A stretch of DNA of 46,538 bases, filler included, from Jimgerdemannia flammicorona (taxonomy: Eukaryota): assembly GCA_003990765.1 (NCBI GenBank). It is 2 parts of 2 records of this genome, joined end to end, with 100 filler letters (N's around TTAATTAATTAA, not from the genome) between each part and the next. Parts side by side here need not be neighbours in the genome. Positions count along the whole stretch, not along the records: positions 1 to 23,222 come from RBNJ01001136.1; positions 23,323 to 46,538 come from RBNJ01001137.1. One strand, written 5' to 3'. This document shows positions 13,188 to 23,551 of the stretch, one piece after another. Positions within the stretch are counted from its first letter, which is position 1. Each line of letters opens with the position of its first letter. A program made the position numbers and the translations under genes. The notes below the pieces were generated by a model, which saw only the letters and a program-made list of their open reading frames with translations, was not told where the DNA came from and ran no database searches.

Positions 13188-14384
13188 GTGCCCAGGGGAG
13201 CATCTGATAGTAGGGGAGGGGGGGGAGTAGGGGCTGGTGATGTAACTGTTGATAGGACTGTGACTGGGGATCTGGAAAAAAATCCAGATATGATGGTAGT
13301 TGATGGATCAGGACAAAGGGTGGGCATGAGGCCTGGGGACCTGGCAGATGGGGTGATAGATATGGTGTCAGCACCATTACTCAAGAAATCAAGATCAAAA
13401 TTTGCCATCATATTGTGCTTCAGGGGCTTAGCAGTGACTGCGAGGATGATCTTAGAGTTGGTGGTGCAGGAGGTGAAGGGGGCAGTGTTGGTGAAGTTTT
13501 TGAAGAGAAAAGAAGGGGTTGAGGTGGGGTTTGAGGAAGAGGAAGCATTGCTGGCTGCCATGGAGAAGGGGATGACAGTGGGTGAAGTTGTGGTCTCTAT
13601 GGCCAGATGTATGCACTGGGACCCCCGAGTGGTACAGTTGATGGTGTTGGATCTTCCTACAGTATTGAGGGAGAAGGCCAGGAAGTTGATTGTGGGGGTG
13701 GTCAAGGAGTATGGAGAGATTGTGGACATCAGGTTCAAGGTCTGGGAAGGAACAGAGCTCTGGACTGGTGATGTTGATGTCTGGGTGAGGCTGGCTGGAA
13801 AGGAGAACATAGGAAAGATGAGGGATTGGCCAGCAATACTGAAGTGGAGATCAGTAGAGTGCAAGATCATGCAAGTGAAGGGGACTCTAGAAGAGGAGGA
13901 GGATTTGCTTGAGGCTCTCGAGGACTTGGAGGGGGCGGTTGAGAGGAGGAGATTGGTTTGGCAGGAGTATGAGGCAAAGACAGTAGCAGAAGTCATTGAG
14001 GGGAAGAAGTCTAGGGTGGACAAGGTGATCTGGGAGAAGATGCAAGGGGGGAGAATCCAGAAGGAGCTGCTGGCAAAGTTGGGGGACAGTGGAGCTGGCA
14101 GTATCACAGGGGACAGGAGAGCAGGATTGCATGCAAGTGACTGGGTGGGAGGAAGTGTGAGGGCCCAAGGTGGAGCCCAGGATGGACCAAGAGAGGAGGA
14201 GCAGAGCAGTGTGGAGGCAGATGCAGAGATGAGTGAAGAAGTCCAACCTCAGTATAGTGTCCCAGAGGGGGCAGGGGGTGAGGAAGAGTTAATGGATGTC
14301 CTGGATGAGGAGTGGGATGAGTTGGTGAGGAGGAGCACTCTGGTGGACCCAAGGGTGGGAATGGTCAGGTCACCCAGGATATAG
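13188..14384 (+). CDS. LINE ORF1 protein, longest surviving open stretch (398 codons; probably pseudogenic)
   Basis: ARCMHWDPRVVQLMVLDLP...EYGEIVDIRFKVWEGTELWTGDVDVWVRL, an RRM-like ORF1 motif shared with the other copies. Confidence 0.7.
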   Translation: MPRGASDSRGGGGVGAGDVTVDRTVTGDLEKNPDMMVVDGSGQRVGMRPGDLADGVIDMVSAPLLKKSRSKFAIILCFRGLAVTARMILELVVQEVKGAVLVKFLKRKEGVEVGFEEEEALLAAMEKGMTVGEVVVSMARCMHWDPRVVQLMVLDLPTVLREKARKLIVGVVKEYGEIVDIRFKVWEGTELWTGDVDVWVRLAGKENIGKMRDWPAILKWRSVECKIMQVKGTLEEEEDLLEALEDLEGAVERRRLVWQEYEAKTVAEVIEGKKSRVDKVIWEKMQGGRIQKELLAKLGDSGAGSITGDRRAGLHASDWVGGSVRAQGGAQDGPREEEQSSVEADAEMSEEVQPQYSVPEGAGGEEELMDVLDEEWDELVRRSTLVDPRVGMVRSPRI

Positions 14385-15711
14385 TAGAGGCAGTAGATTA
14401 GGAGAAGTGGCTGTGGAAGACTTTGGAAGGGGTGGCAGCAGAGGAGCTGGGGGGAGAGGACTTCTGGGTTATGGAGGAAAGGCATTGGGAGGATATCCTT
14501 CATGGGGAGGAGGTGCTGAGGAAGGTTAGGAATGAGATCCTGGCAGTACTATTGGAATCAGTTGAATATCAGGTTGATAATCAGAGAGAGGAGGAACTCC
14601 AGGAGATTGTGAATGATAGGGCAGCTTACTTGTGGAGATCAAGGAAGAGATTGGAGAAGTAGAGAGTGGTATGCACAGACTATAGTGCAGAGATGGAAGT
14701 GGTGGATAGAGTGGAATGTTAGGAAATCTTGGAGACATTGGATGCTCAGGCTGTAGCAGAAGGGGACTTGGAAGTGGAGCAACAATTGGATATAGTTGGG
14801 GATGAGATGAGCATGGAATACTAGGCTAGGTCATCACATTCAAACATTATTCAATATAAACAGTACAACTAGGATATTTTCTTTGAATGTGAATGGGTTG
14901 AGGGGAGTAGCTTGGTGGTGGCTCATATTTGGTTAGCTTAAGGGACTGGATGCAGATCTCTTTCTACTGCAGGATGTATGTTATGAGACAGAAGTGGACT
15001 TTCAAGATTGGACTAGGGAGTGGGGGGGAGTAGTAGTGTGGTTTGGATGAGTGGGTATCTTAGTGTAGAAGGGGATGGGGGACATTGGTAATATAGGACA
15101 TTAGGGGAGTTGGTTGGTGTATGGAGTATGGAAGAGACCTGGTTGGGGCCTGCCGACAGTTGGATCATGTTATTGCCGAGCAGAGAGGGGGGAGTAAATG
15201 GACTGGATCAGGAATTTGCAAGAGGCTGGTATCATGGTTGAGGCTGAAATTGAATGCCTGGGGGGGGACTTCAATATGGTTAGGGATAATGGAGTGGACC
15301 AGACTGATGGTGGGAGAGAGATGAAGGGCTGAAGTTGGGGATTGGATGGTTGGATGGAGATGGAGCAGTTGAGTTCTCTGGTGGACTTGGGGAGACTGTT
15401 CTGGGAGGATCGTCAAATTTATACTCACTGAGTGGCTGGTCTGGGTTCTAGATACTGACAGCAGAATGCTTTGGAGTGGATGTCTGGGCCATGCTGGAGG
15501 TTGTGTGGTGTCCATGGTCAGATCACTAGGGTCTGCTTGGGGGGGGGAGGTTCAGGAGATGTGGGGATGGGCCTGGACACTGGTGGCTCAATTCCTCTTT
15601 GTTGGAGAATAGTGAATTATAGGCTGGATGAGAGATAGAGGTTGTTGGAAAAATTGGTCAATGGCAGGAGCAGGGACTGACAATAGGAGATCATTAGAAA
15701 AGGCTGAAATT

Positions 15712-15799
15712 GAGTGCTCAGAGATATTGGAGGGAAGCAGGGAAAGGGAGGAGTGCTCAGGGACATTGGAGGGAAGCAGGGAAAGGGAGGAGTGCTCAG
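15712..15799 (+). repeat. 39-bp tandem duplication inside LINE ORF2
   Basis: GAGTGCTCAG(A/G)GA(T/C)ATTGGAGGGAAGCAGGGAAAGGGAG twice, plus a partial third start. Confidence 0.85.
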
Positions 15800-17159
15800 T
15801 GATAGCAGAGAGTGCACTGGGCCTTGCAGTGGCTGGAAATGCTCCTGGAGAGATGGGCAGATGTACTAGAAGATAGAGAGGTGGCAGACTGGTGCATTGA
15901 AAGGATTCAGAAGGAAGTCAGAGAACTTAAGGAGGTGCTACAAGTGGAGGAAGAGGCTAAATTGAAGGAGATGGTGGCAAGGTTGAGGTGGCAAGGGTTA
16001 GAGGAAGGGGAGTGACCCACTAGGTTTTTATTGCAGATGTTATAAGTGCAGAGAACTAAGCAGCAATGAGAGGGTATCTTGGATGAGGATGGGGAGATGG
16101 TGGTGGAGACTCCAGCGATTCTGGGATTGCTAAGGTCTCACTGGGAGGACCTATGGAGTGAGGAAGAAGGGGATGGAGATGTCTTAGATATTGAACAGCA
16201 GTTAGAGGATTGGCATCCAAACCCAGCAGTGGGTCTAGGGGCTCTAGGGGACCAAGTGAGAAGGGAGGAGGTGTGTAAGGTCCTGGCTTCGACAAGCAAG
16301 GGGATGGTATTAGGAGAGAATGAGCTTTCTTGGGATTTTTGGAAAAAGATGGCCAGGGTGGAGGCAGTGTTGGAGGAGTTGACAGGGATGTGCAATGAGG
16401 TTTTTCAGTCTGGAACTTGGATTGGGGGCCAGCATCTAGGGCTGGTCTCTTTGCTCTTTAAGGATAAGAGGAGAAGGGAAGATTGGAAGAACTGGTGTCC
16501 AATCATGCTCCTTGATATGGACCACAAGCTGGTTATGAAGGTCTTGGTGACTAGGCTGCAGGGGATTGCTCAGCAGGTGCTGGGAGTTGAGCAGAGAGGG
16601 TTTGTGGGTGGTTGGTTGATCTGAGATAGGACAGCCTAGGTCCATGGAGTGATTAAAGGGGTGTGGGCTACTAGGGTTGATGGCTGACTGATGTTTCTGG
16701 ATCAGGAGAAGGCTTATGATAGGGTGCAGAGAATCTGGCTAAAAGGGGTCCTGAAGTAGCATCATAAATTCAAGGTCCCATATATAAGGAGTACAATGTA
16801 TACTGATATATGATTTTGAGTTGATGGTATTAAATATACAAAACTGTACCTATGATGTCTGGTACCAAATTTTGGTACAACCAAAAAAATGTAAGTCACA
16901 TCTAAGGAGTACAACACATACTAATGTACAATTTTAGGTTGATAATATCAAATGTATAAAACCATACCTTTGATACAACCAACAAATCATATACAACCCT
17001 TTTTTGAAAAGTACAATTTGGAAATCTGAGGATGGCTGACATATAAACTTTGGTAGTATCTGAAGACACTAATGTATAACTGATAAAATCTTTTGGATCA
17101 CTGTACAGAACTACATTTTTTTTTATTTGAGTACTTGCATACAATAGTCGATCTATATT

Positions 17160-19193
17160 TTTATATCATACTAGAATGTATCCCCATCCCCAAATTGGTC
17201 CACGTCATACAGCTTGACTTGTTTGAGGTCTGGGTCACTGTGTACTTTTTTGGGTCATTTGGTATTACTGGGACACTCCACCTCTGCCTCCATCTTCTTC
17301 TGCAAACCCTTTAAATCCAATTTATGTAGCTGGACATACTTGCAGATTTTTCTGAGATACTTGTAATACCATTCAATATAGTCTTCACTTTTAAATGGGT
17401 GCATGATATCAGCTATCAGATAATATACCTATATAACAAAGACAGTAAGAAAGGGAGGCATCTCACAAGTACTCAAAAAATATAGAATAGCATACATAAT
17501 AACATACCAATATAGTTATGAATGTAAGCATGTAATCATTTATACATATCAGTATGATCGACATCAGAATATCTGGCTCTTCTCTCAAAAAAAAGGATCC
17601 ATATAGCATTCCAGATAATTGGTCCTGTAAATGGACTGGATAGTTTCCCATGATGCTGAGGAAGGCCAGTGCTGCTGTCAATCATAGGTATGCACTTCTT
17701 GTCATACAAGATTGGCAGTGGTTCAAAGATAAATTTGTCATTCACCTCCAGACCCTTTAATTTGGTCTTCCAGATCTCCTTCATATCCTTATTGCTCACT
17801 TTTACAATTTTCGTGATTTTATGGATAGTGACGATATGATGGAATTCCAGTTGAAGAATGTCCTTCATGATTGTTTTTACTTGGAATGCCATTTGATGGA
17901 ACTGCATCATATATGAGAATGATATAAGAAATACACGAAGATGATATAAGTATCCGAGATGCACAATATACAAAATCAGGTATGATGAACTGAATTTGGG
18001 TTTTCATTGCCTATCTTCATGACTAAAACTTTGGATTTTTGAAGTTTCTAAGGGCAACCCAGGAACTTGAGCTGGGAATTCAAAAATTCGCCATGTTCAA
18101 TATCTCCAAAACTGGAACCTCGGATCACATAAGCAATTATCGATAGTCTGGCTTATTCGAATTTGTGCAGCAAGATGTTGAACCTCGAGCATAATGTCTC
18201 CTGAGATAAATTCATTTTATCACCTTCATCATCATTGCTATCTTGATATATACTATATGAAATTCAGGTATTATTAGTCAAAGTTCAAGAGTATCCCAAT
18301 ACATAAAAGGCAAACTCCACTATTTGCAAGCATACCTGGGCTTAGTCAGGGCATAGGCACTAGGCTTCAGGAGTGACTGCACAGGCTGAAGCTGGGTATA
18401 CTGCAGGGTGAGAAGAGCATGCTGCATGGACTGCTGCAGGGCGAAGAGGGTATGCTGCATAGATTGCACAGACTGCACAGGTTGCACAGGCTGCTGCAGG
18501 GCGAAGCGGGCATGCTGCATGGGTTGCACGGACTGCTGTGGGGTGAAGAGGGCATGCTGCCAGGTTGCATGAGTTGCTGCAGAGTGAAGAGGGCATGCTG
18601 CATGGGTTGCACAGGCTGCATGGGCTGTAGTTGCGGCTGCAGAGTAGGCTATACAATGGGCTGTAACTGTGGGGCAGGCTGTATAGACTGCTGTATGGGC
18701 TGCTGCATGGGCTGCTGCATGGGCTGCTGCACAGACTGCTGTATAGACTGCTGCATAGACTACATGGGCTGGGCCTGCTGCATGGGCTGCATGAGCTGGG
18801 TCTGCTATATGGGCTGGGTCTGCTGTATAGGCTACTGCATGGGCTGGGTCTACTACATTGGCTGGGTCTGCTGCATGGACTGGGTCTGCTATATGGGCTG
18901 GGTCTGCTGTATAGGCTACTGCATGGGCTGGGTCTACTACATTGGCTGGGTCTGCTGCATGGACTGGGTCTGCTGCATGGACTGCTGCATGGGCTGGGTC
19001 TGCTGCTGCTGGGCATACTGAGTAGGCTACATGAGGGCATACTGTATGGCAGGAGTATAAGACTGCAAATAATTACCAAGTATGATTCATTATACTGAGG
19101 TTGCTCATTTGTTTCATTACTTTCATCTGATTGTGATTGATGTGCTCTCTTTCTTTGAAGTATTTGTTTGGTAGTGGCACACTTTTTGGCCAT
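17160..19193 (-). pseudogene. Spliced transposon-borne gene copy 1 (Gln-rich N-terminus; DUF6532-like C-terminal domain)
   Basis: ATG 19193, Q-rich repeat, then exons ...DKFIFEP...GKLSSPFTGPIIWNAIWILFF...LTFITIL | intron 17507-17429 (GTATGT..ATAG) | VYYLIADIMHPFKSEDYIEWYYKYLRKI. Premature stops. Confidence 0.6.
18360..19015 (-). repeat. Coding minisatellite for poly-Gln repeats (QQTQPM)n and (QPMQHALFALQQ)n
   Basis: 12/18-bp units CAGCAGACCCAGCCCATG on the minus strand. Many CAG codons are converted to TAG. Confidence 0.85.
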
Positions 19194-19368
19194 AATGGGG
19201 TTATTGGGGGGAAGATGGAGTTATTAGGAGAGGGGGAGTTCTTCTTCAAGATAGAAGTGGATACTTATAGAAATGCATATATGTTGAAGCCAGCAACATA
19301 ATATTATATCGCAATAATGTTGAAGCCAGCAACAAAGATCAATGATGTAAGTGTGAGAGTATGAATAA

Positions 19369-19510
19369 GCTTAGCAAGCTCTTGCAAGTATGAGCTTAGA
19401 TTAGCAAGCAAGCTTGGGTTAGCAAGCAATTGGGTTAGTGAGTGAGCTTGGGTTAGTGAGTGAGCTTGGGTTAGTGAGCGAGCTTGTGAGCTTGTGAGCT
19501 TAGGTGAGTG
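19369..19510. repeat. Short tandem repeat (~18-bp unit GAGCTTGGGTTAGTGAGT)
   Basis: Several imperfect consecutive copies upstream of the gene copy 1 start codon. Confidence 0.75.
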
Positions 19511-20149
19511 AACATGGAGATTAATGGCATATGAGCTTGGATATATGAAAATTATATGATGTCAAGGAGATCAATTAGATAATTAGCATATGTGTGTGAC
19601 ATCAGTCAGATCTCATGTATCAGTCAGATCTCATGCTCAATTATCAAGGTATCGGAAGAAGTCAGAGGTTTCCAGATATATCACCCAAAGTCCTGTCAAC
19701 ACAGTTCTTATTAACCTGTTATAGTTCTTATGTATCATCTGCTAATCTGAGTATTCTCAATATATATTAGACTGCTTAATGTATTCTATGTAGTATGTAT
19801 AGTATGATTGCAGATTACTAGGAAGATGATTTAGTTTTTTTTTGGGCTCTTAATATTTTAGAGATGAGTTATTTTTCTCAGGTATTCTATAATGTACGAT
19901 TATAAAATACTAGATAATACACTAAAGCTGATTTATGATCCTTGTGTAATATCTAATAATACAATGCATTCCAGTATACAATTTTGGCAGTATCAAATTT
20001 TGGTACCACCAAATAAAATCTTTTTGCATATCAGTCTCTTAAAATATTTTTGGATATTGGTCTCATCTGCAATATATAGAATAAATTTGAAGATGAATTT
20101 TATACTCTCAAGTATACTTATGATATATAAATTTAATCTGTACTACCAA

Positions 20150-22036
20150 AACATACCAGAATGTATCTCCAAACTGAGTCATATTGTAAAGCTGAACTTT
20201 TTCGAGATCCGGTTCACCTCACACTTTTGGCTTGGATCACTTAGTATTGTTTTGACACTTGACTTCTCTCTCGATCTTCTCATGGAGAGCCTTCAAATCC
20301 AATTGATCAAGCTATACATACTTATAGACCTTCTCAAGATACTCATAATACTTATTAATGTAGTTCTCGCTTTTGAATGGATGCATAATGTCTGCAATCA
20401 AATGATACATCTATATAACAGATAATAGTAATAAATATTAAATATCATAGTATGTACTTAAAGCATCTCACAAGTACTCAAATAACATACCAACATAGTT
20501 ATAAATGTAAGCATATGATCATTGATGTCTGTATGATTAATCTCTAAAAATTGAGCCTTCTTTTCAAAAAAGAGAATCCTGATTGCATTCCTGATGATCG
20601 GTCCTGTAAATGGCCCAGATAGTTTCCCATTATGCTGAGAAAGGTCGGTACTATTGTCTATCATAGCTGTATCACTCTCATCATACAGCACTGGTGGTGG
20701 CTCAAAGATGAATTTGTCATACTCCTCTAGACCCTTTAGCTCGACCTTCTGCTTTTTCTTAGCCTCTTTATCACTAGCATGGCCAATCTTCATTATGTTA
20801 CAGATGATTATGATGCAATACAATTCAAGCTGGGAGGTGTCTTTGGCAACCATCTTGACTTGGGATACAATTTGATGGAACTACATCATATACGAGGATG
20901 ATATAAATATCTGAGAACATAATATATAAAATCAGTGAATTTGGATATTCATTGCATATCTTTGTGATTAAGCATCTTGATTTTGAAAATTCCTGAGGAC
21001 AACTCAGAAACTCAAGTTGAGAGGTCAGGAATTCATCATGCTCACCTTTCTCTACAAATCTATCACCTTGGATCACCCAAGTGATGACTGCCACTCTGGA
21101 CTGCTCAAATTTATATGGCAAGATATTGTATCTAGTGCATAGCATCTCCTGAGACAATTGCTTTCTATTGCTGTTGTCATCAACATTATCAACTTCATTG
21201 TCATCATTTTTATCTTGATAATGTATGCTATATGAAATTCAGGTATCATCAGCCAAAGTTCAAGATTATCCCAATGTAATAGGTAAACTCCACAACTCAC
21301 AAGCATACCTGGACTTAATTGTCCCCATAACCTGTTGTTGGGGGGATCCTCGGTGTTATTCTGAATATTCTTGAAGAGTGAGAGCAGGTGGTGTGGTATA
21401 GACAGCAGGCTGCCAGGGCTGTGGAAAATAGGCTACAGTCTGCATGGTATGGGCACCAGATTGTGAAGAACAGATTGTTGTCTGCGTGATATGGGCATCA
21501 GGCTATAGAGAATGAGTCACAGTCTGTGTGCTATAGGCTGTAGACTGAATCCCATATGCATCATGGCTCATGCCTAGATGCTTTGGATACCAAGGTGGAG
21601 GGTTGTACTTGGAAGAGAGACAGCAATACACTTGTTGATTTTGGTCCATATGCTGGACTTGGCATGGCCACTCCATATTGTTGATAATTTGTTCATTATT
21701 CTCGAGCTGGCTGTCTTCAGCTGAGGAAGAGTTGTGGGCTTTAGCTGCAGCTGGGGAATGGTTGTGGGGGGTGGGAGATATCAATACCAATGACATTGCA
21801 CTTGAGGATGAACACCCTCTTTTACAAAAGTTTGGGAAAAGTGGCAAAGGGGCAAGATCATACTGTTGGTATCCTTGAAGGCAGCTGGGAGAATTTGCTG
21901 GTAGATGATTTTGATGGGAGTTTGCTGAAGATATATTCTTGCTGGCCTTAGGAATGCTTGGATGTACTTCATTCATACTTTTCTCCAGAGGTGCATTTTT
22001 TTTAGTGATGTATCTAGCTTTACTCAGCTTGGTTAT
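20150..22036 (-). pseudogene. Spliced transposon-borne gene copy 2 (paralogue of 17160-19193)
   Basis: ELKGLEEYDKFIFEP...GKLSGPFTGPIIRNAIRILFF...LTFITML | intron 20490-20411 at the same position | MYHLIADIMHPFKSENYINKYYEYLEKV. Different low-complexity N-terminus (ORF 21503-21976). Confidence 0.6.
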
Positions 22037-22277
22037 TGCAGATGGAAAAAGAGATTCTTCAAGATGGAAGGGGAGAATACATGAACAGATTAATGAGCAT
22101 AAGCATGAGCTTGATGAATGTAAATCACGTGGTCAGACATCATAATATTTTGGCACTATCCAGATATACCATATTTGTATTTCTTGTATCTCATACTAAT
22201 CTAGGCTAGTCTTGGTAATATGCCATAGATTATTATAACTCTCATAGTTCTTAGTATTACTTGGAATGTCTTGTGAT

Positions 22278-22866
22278 GAGTCATTTTATACAGATATTCT
22301 AAAAGTATGATTGCAGAATTCTAGGTAATATGCCAAAGATGATTAAGATATTTTAATGTATTACAAGCTCAATTTTGGATATTACTAAAAATCTATCAAT
22401 GTATATTAGAGTCATTTTTGCTCAGGTATTATTCAGTATGATTGCAGAATACTAGGTAATATGCCAAAGATGATTTAAGTATTTAACAATACTCAATATA
22501 TATTATCAACTAATCTGATGCATGATAGGTGTATAATGTATATAATGTATTTCAGAGATAAGTCATTTTTACCCAGGTATTTTATTCAGTATGATTGCAG
22601 AATACTAAGTAATATGCCAAAGATGATTTAGGTCTTTGAATGACAATCAATGTAATACATTTATCAATAATGTAATTCTTAGTATATTACAAGCTCTATA
22701 TTATAATATTATCTAACCTTGTGTATTATTAACTAAACTGATATATAATAGGTATATATTAGAGTAATTAATATACTTAATGTTTTTCAGAGATGAGTCA
22801 TTTTTGCTCAGGTATTTTATTCAGTATGATTGCAGATTACTAGGTAATATGCCAAAGATAATTTAG
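22278..22866. repeat. Array of four ~70-bp direct repeats with variable AT-rich spacers
   Basis: Core AGTATGATTGCAGAATACTAGGTAATATGCCAAAGATGATT starts at 22304, 22435, 22588 and 22823, each preceded by (G)AGTCATTTT...CAG(G/A)TATT. A partial copy lies at ~19801. Confidence 0.9.
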
Positions 22867-23035
22867 ATATTTGAATGACAATCAATATAATACATTTATC
22901 CTTATATATTATCAACTCTAATCTAGGTATTACCTAAATTTTATAGGCTTATCAGACTTTAGAGATAAGCTAAAGTTTTTGTATGATTGAAATTTAAGGG
23001 GTGAAATGGTTTCTGTCTTAAGAGCCTATCTAAAT

Positions 23036-23204
23036 ATGTCCAATAAATTCTACCACAATCCTTTAAGCCTGGAGTGTCCAGTATGTTTAAGGTTGTTCCA
23101 CTGTAGCCATGGCCTCACACAACATATGGATGTCATGCATACCTACTCAGTACCTGTCTGGAAGGCACCCTCAATATCGACCTTTAACCTTAGCACTAAT
23201 TCTA
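23036..23204 (+). pseudogene. C2H2 zinc-finger N-terminus, possibly of a Plavaka-type transposase; cut by a poly-T run and the gap
   Basis: MSNKFYHNPLSLE-CPVCLRLFHCSHGLTQHMDVMH (C-x2-C-x12-H-x4-H). Confidence 0.5.
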
Positions 23205-23222
23205 TTTTTTTTTTTTTTTTTT

Positions 23223-23322
23223 NNNNNNNNNNNNNNNNNNNNNNNNNNNNNNNNNNNNNNNNNNNNTTAATTAATTAANNNNNNNNNNNNNNNNNNNNNN
23301 NNNNNNNNNNNNNNNNNNNNNN
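23223..23322. other. Assembly gap with artificial six-frame stop linker
   Basis: N run, TTAATTAATTAA (23267-23278), N run. Confidence 0.95.
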
Positions 23323-23551
23323 TTTTTGGGAGGGAAGTGACAAGACAGGAGTGAGATCATATTACTCGATTATGGAGATTGTGGGAATCGCAGTATATCC
23401 AGGTCTTGCGCAAGCTTGGTATACTGTTATGTATTGCAAACCTGATCCAACCACAAACTCGCCGCACGTCCCGAAGCAAACACCATTTCTGACGGATACC
23501 AAACCGATGAGCTCCGATTCCCTTCCTAATCTCTCCTGCTTTTCACTCTAG

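Larger units (their letters stand above)
12790..16759 (+). mobile_element. L1/Tx1-like LINE, 3'-truncated within RT
   Basis: ORF1 stretch 13188-14384. ORF2 begins IFSLNVNGLRG (~14875), includes KNWCPIMLLDMDHKL, and ends abruptly after FLDQEKAYDRV (~16730) where AT-rich unrelated DNA begins. 5' boundary approximate. Confidence 0.88.
16760..23204. mobile_element. Probable large CMC/Plavaka-type DNA transposon (partial)
   Basis: Abrupt left junction inside a LINE RT. Two tandem spliced paralogous genes on the minus strand, a repeat array, and a divergent C2H2-zinc-finger ORF start. CpG-depleted like the other repeats. No DDE core or paired TIRs visible. Confidence 0.5.

Noticed and set aside
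13178..14107. 309-aa minus-strand ORF and other Ser/Pro/Leu-rich ORFs opposite LINEs
   Set aside because: Antisense shadows of purine-rich LINE coding strands.
18360..19193. Cys-rich metallothionein/keratin-associated-like proteins (ORFs 18360-19193 minus, 18419-19021 plus)
   Set aside because: Alternative-frame and antisense readings of a Gln-codon minisatellite. Only the N-terminal ~40 codons of the minus ORF are likely real.
19410..19480. Interstitial telomere repeats (GGGTTAG)
   Set aside because: Only single GGGTTAG words inside an 18-bp unit; no (TTAGGG)n run.
22278..22866. CRISPR array
   Set aside because: Units are ~70 bp with irregular periods (131-235 bp), spacers resemble each other, there are no cas genes, and the context is eukaryotic.
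22985..23003. Right TIR matching the 16760 junction
   Set aside because: Similarity is weak, there is no TSD, and the LINE RT does not resume afterwards.
23267..23278. TTAATTAATTAA palindrome as a biological site, and ORF 23006-23278 ending in it
   Set aside because: Sits centred between N runs; it is a synthetic six-frame stop linker.
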